Below are positions 18,856-26,277 of a DNA stretch of 64,000 nt, piece by piece. The stretch spans positions 3,678-67,677 of the forward strand of contig CAZEYT010000004.1 in NCBI GenBank assembly GCA_964516295.1. Direction: 5' to 3'. Position numbers and translations under genes: made by a program. How positions within the stretch are numbered: the first letter of the stretch is position 1; each line of letters starts with the position of its first letter. The DNA is from an uncultured Chthoniobacterales bacterium (GTDB lineage: Bacteria > Verrucomicrobiota > Verrucomicrobiia > Chthoniobacterales > Terrimicrobiaceae). The notes below the pieces were generated by a model that made no database searches, had not been told where the DNA came from, and saw only the letters and a program-made list of their open reading frames with translations.

Positions 18856-20208
18856 TCATGCGCGCGAGACCGCGGTTCGTTTGAGGAAGCGGAACAGGAA
18901 AAACAACCCCGTGAGTGCCATCCACGGAAGGTAGCCGATCCAGACGCCGGCCGCGCCCCAGCCGAGCGGGAACGCGAGCAAATAAACCGTCGGGATGCTG
19001 AGCACCCAATAGCAAACCGCGTTCGCGAGCATGGGCACCTTGTTGTCGAGCAACCCGCGGAGCGACCCGAGGCTGATCGATTGGATCGCATCGGAGATCT
19101 GATAAATCCCCGCAATCGTCACGAGCAGACCGGTGAGCTCAGCCACCGCTGGATCGTCCGTGAAGAGCCGCGCCAGTGCGTGTCCGAACGTAATGTAAAC
19201 CACCGCGCAAAAGCCCATGAGCACCACACCGATTCCGACTCCTGTGAGTCCCGCCCGCCGCGCCGCCGGAACGTCCCCCGCACCCGCCGCCTGCGCGACG
19301 CGGACGCTGGTCGCTGTGGCCAGGGCGATGGGGAACATCCACGCCAGCGAGGCAATGCCGATCGTGACCTGGTTTGCCGCGAGGGCGACCGTGCCGACCC
19401 AGCCAAGCATGATCGAGCCGACAGCGAACGACCCGCCCTCGAGCACATCCTGACCGGCCACCGGAAGCCCGAGCCGGAAAAGATTCCGAACCTCGCCCGC
19501 ATCGTCACGGCGCGGTTGCAGCAGGCGAAAAGCTCTCAGGCGGCGGTCGGTCACCAACCAACCCACGAGAGCAGCCGCCTGCATCACGCGGGCGATGAGG
19601 GTGGCCCAGCCAGCTCCGACAAGACCCAGTGCGGGAAAACCCAGATGGCCGAAGATGAGAATGAAGTTGAGAGCGGCATTGAGAGCGACCGCGCCAGCCA
19701 TGATCACAAGGACCGGCCACGGACGATTGACGGCTTCCGCGGCCTGTCCGAGCGCGATGGAGATGAGGGCAAATGGCATGGACCAGGCGAGGAGGAAAAG
19801 ATAGCCCCCGGTCACAGCCACGACTTCCTTTGGCTGGCCGAGAAACGGCAGCGAGAACGTCGCGGCCGAGAGAGCGAGGGCAATCAAGAGTCCCACCCCC
19901 ACGCCGAGCGCGCCGCCGGCGCGGATGGCCGTTCCCGCCGCAGCGGCATCGTTGGACCCAAACGCCCGGGCCACACGGGGCGCGACGGCCCCGACCGCAC
20001 CGTAGGCAAAATAGAGCGCGAACATGATGAAGTTTCCCGCCAACCCCGCGCCCGCCAGGGCGACCGGCCCGATGTGCCCGAGCATGAGCGTGTCCGTGAG
20101 TTGGAGGAGGACTTGTCCGGCCTGCCCCAGAAGCATGGGAGCGGCCAGCGTGGCGATTGAACGCAGCGCGCTTCCTGAGTTTTCCCTGCTCTTTTGAAGC
20201 GACGCCAT
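18856..20208 (-). CDS. MATE-family efflux transporter
   Basis: It is a 12-TM-like protein starting ...LRSIATLAAPMLLGQAGQVLLQLTDTLMLGHIG, typical of NorM/MATE. The start was placed at the internal ATG at 20208 to avoid the divergent dsbD promoter region. Confidence 0.85.
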   Translation of the reverse strand: MASLQKSRENSGSALRSIATLAAPMLLGQAGQVLLQLTDTLMLGHIGPVALAGAGLAGNFIMFALYFAYGAVGAVAPRVARAFGSNDAAAAGTAIRAGGALGVGVGLLIALALSAATFSLPFLGQPKEVVAVTGGYLFLLAWSMPFALISIALGQAAEAVNRPWPVLVIMAGAVALNAALNFILIFGHLGFPALGLVGAGWATLIARVMQAAALVGWLVTDRRLRAFRLLQPRRDDAGEVRNLFRLGLPVAGQDVLEGGSFAVGSIMLGWVGTVALAANQVTIGIASLAWMFPIALATATSVRVAQAAGAGDVPAARRAGLTGVGIGVVLMGFCAVVYITFGHALARLFTDDPAVAELTGLLVTIAGIYQISDAIQSISLGSLRGLLDNKVPMLANAVCYWVLSIPTVYLLAFPLGWGAAGVWIGYLPWMALTGLFFLFRFLKRTAVSRA

Positions 20209-20288
20209 GCGAGCGCGAAGCAAAGCAAAGCGACGGCCCGACGGGAAGCGGATTTGCGCCTCCGGGCCCGCGGTGGTAACCATGCCCC

Positions 20289-22334
20289 ATGCAGAATCTC
20301 CCTCGCCCGTGGGTCGCCCTTTTCCTGGCCCTCTTCCTGATCGCACCGTCCCGCGCCCAGATTTTTGAGGGACGCGATCTCGTCAAAGCGACCTTGGTGC
20401 CGTCGGTCTCGGCGATTGTTCCCGGGAAACCTTTCGAGGTCGGCCTGCTCCTCGAGATGGCTCCGGAGTGGCATACCTATTGGGAATTCAGCGGCGATGC
20501 GGGGCTGCCGACGAAAATCGCCTGGACCCTGCCCGAGGGATTCGTCGCCGGACCGATCCAATGGCCCGCACCGGAGTCAAAGATCGAGCCGGGAGACATC
20601 CTTACCTACGCCTACAGCGACCGCGTGCTTTTGACGACCACGATTGTTCCCGCGCCCGGTGTGCGTCCGGGTGAAACGATCACCCTTCGCGCGCGGGCCT
20701 CGTGGCTCGTCTGCAAGGAACTCTGCATCCCGGGCTCGGCCGAACTGGAGCTCTCCCTGCCCGTGGCCGAAACGGCGTCGCCCGAGAATGCCGGCCTGTT
20801 CGACACCTACCGCGCCCAAGTGCCATCCTCGGAGCCGGCTCCCTATGGCTTGAAATGGTCGCGGGACGGAAAATCGCTGGTCCTGCACGTTGGCGGTGTG
20901 CCGGCGGGGACGGCGGTCGCTTTGTTTCCACTGCCGGTCGGGGACCAGACGGTCGGACATCCGGTGTCCGGACCGGATGGAACGATCCGCGTTGATGTGG
21001 AGGGGGATTTCCGAGGCGTGCTCGCGGTCGGGAGCGGGGATGCCCGCCGGGCGTGGTACGTGGAGCACTCGGAAGCCTCTTCGGTCGCGGTGGCTCCTAC
21101 GACCGCGGAGATTGGTCTTTGGACAGCATTGTTCTACGGATTTCTTGGCGGCTTGATTCTCAACCTCATGCCCTGCGTGCTGCCGGTGATCTCGTTGAAA
21201 ATTTTCGGCTTCATCCGGCAGGCTGGCGAAGAGCCGCGGAAAATTCTCGCGCATGGAATCGCGTTCATGGCCGGGATCTTCGCATGGTTCCTCGGGCTGG
21301 GGCTGCTCATTGTCGCGCTGAAAAGCGGAGGAGCCGAGGTGACGTGGGCGTTTCAGTTTCAAAATCCGTGGTTCAACATCGTCATCGGCGCGATTGTCTT
21401 TGCGTTTGCGCTGAATTTGTTCGGCGTCTTTGAGCTGGTGCTTCCCGGTCGCGCCAGCACGGCGCTGGAATCGGCGGGTTCGACCGGCGGCTTGGGCGGG
21501 TCGTTTTTCCAGGGCGTCTTTGCAACGCTTCTAGCGACCCCGTGCACCGCTCCGTTTTTGGGAACGGCGCTGGGGTTTGCCTTCAGCCAGCCGGCTCCGG
21601 TGATCTTCGGGATGTTTGCATCGGTCGCGGCCGGGATGGCGTCGCCGTATCTGATCCTTTCGGCGCGGCCGGGATGGATGCGGTTTTTGCCGCGGCCGGG
21701 GGCCTGGATGGAACGGCTCAAACAATTCATGGCCTTCCCGCTGCTGGCCACGCTGGTTTGGATTTTGTCGATTCTCGGCGGTCAGCGCGGCGTGGAGGGC
21801 GTCGTTTGGTTCTGCGCGTTTCTGGTCTGTCTTGGCCTCGCGTGCTGGATCTACGGGAGTTTTTCGGGACCGACCGCACGGCCGCTTGCTCGATGGATTT
21901 CCGTTGTCTCCGCGTTGGTTCTCATCCTCGGCGGCGGGAAGGTTTTTCTCACCGAACGCCCTGTCGAAAACGAATCCGCCGAATCCATCGCATGGGTGCC
22001 GTTCTCCGCCGCGGAGTTGGCGGCGTTGCAGAAGGACGGGCGGACCGTGTTCCTCGATTTCACCGCCGACTGGTGTATCACTTGCAAATTCAACGAACGC
22101 ACGGCGATCAACACGCCCGCCGTCCGCGCCCGGATGGCGGAAAAGAACGTCGTGCCGATGAAGGCGGATTGGACCAATGCGAATCCCGAGATCACCGCGG
22201 CCCTCAAGGCATTCGGCCGCGTGGGCGTGCCATTTTATGTCATTTATCCGGGTGGTGATGCCGCGAACCCGATTGTGCTGCCCGAGTTGCTGACCGAGGC
22301 GATTCTCCTCGAGACTCTCAAAAATCTGCCCTGA
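20289..22334 (+). CDS. dsbD: thiol:disulfide interchange protein DsbD/DipZ-like
   Basis: It has a signal peptide, an N-terminal DsbD-alpha-like domain, and a central CcdA-type TM core (LNLMPCVLPV ... ATPCTAPF). The C-terminal thioredoxin domain has the motif DFTADWCITCK. Confidence 0.85.
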   Translation: MQNLPRPWVALFLALFLIAPSRAQIFEGRDLVKATLVPSVSAIVPGKPFEVGLLLEMAPEWHTYWEFSGDAGLPTKIAWTLPEGFVAGPIQWPAPESKIEPGDILTYAYSDRVLLTTTIVPAPGVRPGETITLRARASWLVCKELCIPGSAELELSLPVAETASPENAGLFDTYRAQVPSSEPAPYGLKWSRDGKSLVLHVGGVPAGTAVALFPLPVGDQTVGHPVSGPDGTIRVDVEGDFRGVLAVGSGDARRAWYVEHSEASSVAVAPTTAEIGLWTALFYGFLGGLILNLMPCVLPVISLKIFGFIRQAGEEPRKILAHGIAFMAGIFAWFLGLGLLIVALKSGGAEVTWAFQFQNPWFNIVIGAIVFAFALNLFGVFELVLPGRASTALESAGSTGGLGGSFFQGVFATLLATPCTAPFLGTALGFAFSQPAPVIFGMFASVAAGMASPYLILSARPGWMRFLPRPGAWMERLKQFMAFPLLATLVWILSILGGQRGVEGVVWFCAFLVCLGLACWIYGSFSGPTARPLARWISVVSALVLILGGGKVFLTERPVENESAESIAWVPFSAAELAALQKDGRTVFLDFTADWCITCKFNERTAINTPAVRARMAEKNVVPMKADWTNANPEITAALKAFGRVGVPFYVIYPGGDAANPIVLPELLTEAILLETLKNLP

Positions 22335-22376
22335 GCCGGTTGCGGAACGGCCGGGCGCGCCTATGTTGCACCCGCT

Positions 22377-22973
22377 ATGAAAACCGCACTCGCCCTTCTG
22401 ATTGCCCTCGCCACCGTCGCCCATGCCCAGGTGGAAGTGGGAAAACCCGCCCCGGATTTCACTTTGAAGGACTGCTCGGGCAAGGAACACAGCCTCTCGG
22501 ATTTCAAAGGAAAAACCGTCGTCCTCGAGTGGGTGAACCACGGATGTCCGTTCGTCGTGAAGCACTACAGCTCGGGGAACATGCAGAAGCTCCAGAAGGA
22601 CGCCACCGCGAAGGACGTGGTCTGGCTTTCGATCTGCTCGTCCGCTCCGGGCAAGCAAGGGCACATGACCGGCGAGGATGCGGCCAAAAAGTGTGAAGCC
22701 GTCGGCTCCGCCGCAACCGCCTACCTCCTCGACGAAGATGGCAAAGTCGGCCGTCTCTACGGAGCCAAAGTCACGCCGGAAATGTATATCATCAACAAAG
22801 ACGGCATCCTCGTTTACCACGGAGCCATTGACAACAAGAAGTCAACCGACGCCGCCGACATTGCCGGGGCCACCAACCATGTCGCCGTTGCGTTGGAAGA
22901 AGTGCTCGCAGGCAAGCCGGTCACGACCGCCACGACGACCGCCTATGGCTGCTCGGTGAAATACGCAAACTGA
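22377..22973 (+). CDS. periplasmic thioredoxin-fold redoxin (AhpC/TSA-like)
   Basis: It has a signal peptide, and GKPAPDFTLKDCSGKEHSLSDFKGKTVVLEWVNHGCPFV is a redoxin-family pattern. Confidence 0.8.
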   Translation: MKTALALLIALATVAHAQVEVGKPAPDFTLKDCSGKEHSLSDFKGKTVVLEWVNHGCPFVVKHYSSGNMQKLQKDATAKDVVWLSICSSAPGKQGHMTGEDAAKKCEAVGSAATAYLLDEDGKVGRLYGAKVTPEMYIINKDGILVYHGAIDNKKSTDAADIAGATNHVAVALEEVLAGKPVTTATTTAYGCSVKYAN

Positions 22974-23195
22974 TCCACCGGTAAAAAAATTCCCAACCGG
23001 TGTCGGAACACTCTTCCGGCGCCGGCTTTTTGCTAGGAGCATTTTAAGTGGCCGCCGATTCGCGAGCGATTCAGTCCTGCTGCCCCAACCACCGCTGCGG
23101 GTGAATTCGTTTTCGAGGACACGGAACTTGATTTTTTTATCGCTGGTCTTGCTGATCGAGGTCGGCCATTTGAGGTTGGTCGCATGTCTCCCCTG

Positions 23196-23699
23196 CTACA
23201 TGGGGAGGTCCGCCTGTTTCGGGCGCGGGGGTGGGAGTTCGCGGACTTCGATGCGACCGTCGGCGGCGGTTTTCAAGGGGCCGTCATTGGTGTAGAGGAC
23301 GTCGGCGCCGCGCGCCAAGGCGCTGGCCAGAATCATGAGGTCGGCCTTGATCTTTGCCCGCTCGGTGCCGGGGAATGCCTCGCGAATTTGATCCCAGAGA
23401 TGGGGGTTGCGTTCGGAGGCATCTCGCCAGAGTTCCGCTGCGATGGCCGCCGTGCGCACGTCGAAGGGCACGACTTGAAACCTGCGGTTGAGCACGTCGA
23501 GCAAGCCGACGTGTTGCGGCTTGGGCACGCCGGCGAGGAATTCCGCCACGACGACCGCGGGGACCACGATGTCGGCGTCGGCGGTGTCGAGGTCCTCGAA
23601 GATAGCTTGGGCCCGATTGATCATTTCCTCCTGACCGGGGGTGGCGACGCCGCGCACGCCCCAGATGAGGATGTGGTTGTCGAGGCAGGCGCGTTTCAT
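23196..23699 (-). CDS. PIN-domain nuclease (VapC-like)
   Basis: The acidic residues sit in the PIN arrangement: CLDNHILIW (D near the N-terminus), VVAEFL (E), KADLMILASA (D) and YTNDG. The start overlaps the stop of the upstream ORF by 4 nt. Confidence 0.7.
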   Translation of the reverse strand: MKRACLDNHILIWGVRGVATPGQEEMINRAQAIFEDLDTADADIVVPAVVVAEFLAGVPKPQHVGLLDVLNRRFQVVPFDVRTAAIAAELWRDASERNPHLWDQIREAFPGTERAKIKADLMILASALARGADVLYTNDGPLKTAADGRIEVRELPPPRPKQADLPM

Positions 23700-24484
23700 G
23701 GCAGTTCTCCTTCCCTCACGCGGCGGACGAAGAGGTCGATGTCTTCGATCTGGTCGTAGGCTCCGCCTGCCGCTTCACGGAGTTCCTGGAAGGCCTCGCT
23801 CGCCTTGCCGCGTTCGTAGTGAAGGATTTCTTCGACCCGGAAATAGACGACCGAGCCGTCCTGGGCATCCCATGTGGCCTGCCCTCGCAAGGCAGCCTGA
23901 GAATAGAGTCGGCTGCCAAGTTCGCGGCTTTGCTCCTCGGTGACGTCACCATAGACGACTTGGCGGTCGGAGACGCGCAGGCGCACGCGGGGACGCAAGC
24001 CGCCCACGCGCTCGATCTTGCCGTGGAAGACGGTTTCGCCACGTTGGTATTCCGGGGCTGGAACCTCGACTCCGAATTCGGGAGGCAGGTCGAGGATGGG
24101 GCGGTCGCCGCCGTTCCAGAATTGGGTGCGTCCGTTGCGCTGGCGCGAGAACGTGGTGAGCGTGCGAAGACCTTCGAGGCTCCGGGCCGGGAGGCTACGG
24201 AAGAGCCGATTGGCGGTGGCGGTGGTCAGCTCCTTGTATGCGGAGCGGGCGATTTCGGACCGGTTGCTTGTGAAGGCGAACCCGATGCTCTCGTCCACAA
24301 CCTGCGCGAGTCCGACGATGAGTTCCTCCGATTCATCCGGGTGTTCACGGGCGGCGATGGCCAACACGGTTTGCTCCGCTGCCACGAGCAACTGCGCGAG
24401 GTGGCTCGCTGGGATGAGATGGGGATGCAACCCCTCGCCGGTTAGGCGGATGGTAAAGAGTGGCTTTTCCGTATTTGCTGGCAC
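23696..24484 (-). CDS. hypothetical 262-aa protein, translationally coupled partner of the PIN nuclease
   Basis: The ORF has coding-like composition and a GTG start at 24484. I recognise no family. It overlaps the PIN gene by 4 nt. Confidence 0.6.
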   Translation of the reverse strand: MPANTEKPLFTIRLTGEGLHPHLIPASHLAQLLVAAEQTVLAIAAREHPDESEELIVGLAQVVDESIGFAFTSNRSEIARSAYKELTTATANRLFRSLPARSLEGLRTLTTFSRQRNGRTQFWNGGDRPILDLPPEFGVEVPAPEYQRGETVFHGKIERVGGLRPRVRLRVSDRQVVYGDVTEEQSRELGSRLYSQAALRGQATWDAQDGSVVYFRVEEILHYERGKASEAFQELREAAGGAYDQIEDIDLFVRRVREGELP

Positions 24485-24488
24485 GAAT

Positions 24489-24575
24489 TTACTCCGAAGC
24501 GGCGGCGGGGCAAGCCTCTTCCTCGCCCCAGATGCGGGCGAGGGCGGCTTGGATGTTTCTTTCGCAGCGGGTGCT
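24489..24575 (-). pseudogene. relic of an hsdS 3' end (about the last 25-28 codons plus stop)
   Basis: The minus-strand frame reads ...STRCERNIQAALARIWGEEEACPAAASE*. The C-terminus of the intact fused HsdM::S reads ...ITRFEKKIQATLARIWGETAPASV*. At the DNA level the two copies share a 19-nt identical core (ccccagatgcgggcgaggg) and ~80% identity over ~55 nt with 26296-26350. Confidence 0.6.
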
Positions 24576-24620
24576 GGAAACTCGAATAACGGGCCTTAGC
24601 GTCGGCGACGAATCTGGCAG

Positions 24621-25373
24621 TTAATCCAACAGCGGATTGAAGTCGGGTGTGGACATGGGCTGTCTGCCTGCTGGCGCACGCCCCTTGTAATCAATGAGCA
24701 GGCGCTGATTAAGAGGAGCAGACTCGTCGTTGATGCGGGCCACCGTGGCGGACAATTCGGGGGCGTAGGGCACGCAGGTGATCAGATCTTCCACCAGGTA
24801 TCGGGGTGCCCAGCCGATCATTTGGTAATCTACAGTGAGCAGTGGCACCGCCAGCCGGGTGGCTGGGTTGTTCAGTTCCACGAGGATGCGCAACTCCTCG
24901 CCGACATTCAACTGGGCGGCCCGAGCTTGCGCTTTTTCGCCCAAATGTCGGAGACCGTGCAAGAAGAAGCGCACATGAAAGTGCCCCTCGGCATCAGCGG
25001 TGACTTGGGGGAACACTTCCAGATTGTCCGTTACGCGCTCGCCGCCGGATACGGAAAGAATTGAGACGGGGTCGGCGTGACCCCGGTCCAGATCCAGCCA
25101 CCGGATGAATTCCTGGAAATCTTCCCGTTTGGGTGAAATCACTCGGTTTTTGAACAAAGGAAAAAGCTCGTCGGACTCATAGTCTTTCCGGAAATCGGGA
25201 AAGGCCAACAGAGGGGTAAATCCCACATCGCGTTGGGCTTTCAGCGCGCCTCCCGTGTAGCGGAAGCGGTAATGATGAGCTTCAGGATCTGCATCCAAGC
25301 GACCCACAGGAAACCATGCCCGACTGCGGGCGGAATCGGTGGGAGCCTGCCAGGCGAGGAAGAGGCTTTTCAT
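24621..25373 (-). CDS. HipS-like N-terminal domain fused to a C-terminal HIRAN domain (putative antitoxin of the upstream Hip kinase)
   Basis: The N-terminus (VGRL...YRFRY...PLLAFP...ELFPLFKNRV...DPVSILSVSGGERVTDNLEVFP) mirrors the HipA N-subdomain-1/HipS pattern. The C-terminus (GEELRILVELNNPATRLAVPLL...IGWAPRYL) fits the HIRAN pattern. The gene overlaps the kinase gene by 4 nt. Confidence 0.65.
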   Translation of the reverse strand: MKSLFLAWQAPTDSARSRAWFPVGRLDADPEAHHYRFRYTGGALKAQRDVGFTPLLAFPDFRKDYESDELFPLFKNRVISPKREDFQEFIRWLDLDRGHADPVSILSVSGGERVTDNLEVFPQVTADAEGHFHVRFFLHGLRHLGEKAQARAAQLNVGEELRILVELNNPATRLAVPLLTVDYQMIGWAPRYLVEDLITCVPYAPELSATVARINDESAPLNQRLLIDYKGRAPAGRQPMSTPDFNPLLD

Positions 25374-26269
25374 GGGAATTCCAAGATCAATCTACGCGTG
25401 GTGGCCAGCAATGCCAGAGCAAAGCGGCGGGCCGGATCCGTGATCCGCGTGTCAGGAACCCGATGGAGCAGTCCTTCCACGGCATTTTTCGACAGTTCCG
25501 CCACCCGGGTTTGCCAAGGTTTGAAAAACTGGGGGTAGCGTTCGGCCAGCGTCTGGGCCACGGCCAGAGGACTGAGACCGTGCCGGGCCTCTGCATTTAA
25601 AAAGATGCCACCGCGGCCTTTGCGGATGTATCGCTCCAAGGTTCCTTCGCTCAAATAACCCTCTCGCGCTTCGTCAGTGAGTTCCCGCCCGAGGGAGGAA
25701 GCATGGTCGAAAGTGGGTGCAAGCTGGATTTTGAAGCCGGGTGCTTGACCTGCCTCCTCGTGCCGCTCCACCAACACGCCCCAGTTTTGATGGTGACGAT
25801 CAGTGTTGCCCACCACGGCATCAAGCACAAGATAGCCCACCATGCGAAAGGCGGCTTCCCGGCGGGATTTTTCTGTGGGAAAAAGTTTTTCAATCACTGT
25901 GACGATGTTGTCGAAGGTATGATCCGCTTGGCCTCGCTCCTTTTCCTTGTCGTAACCTGTGATAAGGCCTCCAAGCAGTTCGTTGCCATGGACGAGCACG
26001 CTCTGGTTGGAGAGCAGGAAAGACCGAACCGCACACCCCCGCTTGCCCGCCCAGACGGCCAGTTCGGCATGGTGGGTGGGGAGGCCAAGGAGGAGAGCAA
26101 TTTCCGAGGCCACCTTTTCCGACCAATCCTCGCCGGTTCCAAGGCGGGCTTCCTTGAAAAGCCAGTTCTCCCCATCCAGTTTGAACCAAAACTTGGGCTT
26201 GCTCCCCAACTGTTCCACATCGCTCCGCATCTCAGAGGTGACTTCCAAAATGGGGAAGGTCTCGGACAT
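25370..26269 (-). CDS. HipA-like Ser/Thr kinase, core kinase domain only
   Basis: The motifs are LGSKPKFWF and the catalytic VGNTDRHHQNWGVL, followed by LAPTFDHASSLG. At 299 aa it lacks the HipA N-terminal subdomain. Confidence 0.8.
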   Translation of the reverse strand: MSETFPILEVTSEMRSDVEQLGSKPKFWFKLDGENWLFKEARLGTGEDWSEKVASEIALLLGLPTHHAELAVWAGKRGCAVRSFLLSNQSVLVHGNELLGGLITGYDKEKERGQADHTFDNIVTVIEKLFPTEKSRREAAFRMVGYLVLDAVVGNTDRHHQNWGVLVERHEEAGQAPGFKIQLAPTFDHASSLGRELTDEAREGYLSEGTLERYIRKGRGGIFLNAEARHGLSPLAVAQTLAERYPQFFKPWQTRVAELSKNAVEGLLHRVPDTRITDPARRFALALLATTRRLILEFP

Positions 26270-26277
26270 GGAACAGG

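Noticed and set aside
22976-23031. Two small hairpins after the redoxin gene (caccggt...accggtg and ccggcgccgg followed by ttttt), considered as rho-independent terminators.
   Set aside because: The first has a 13-nt loop and no U-tract. The second has only a 4-bp stem with a 2-nt loop. Both are too weak to annotate.
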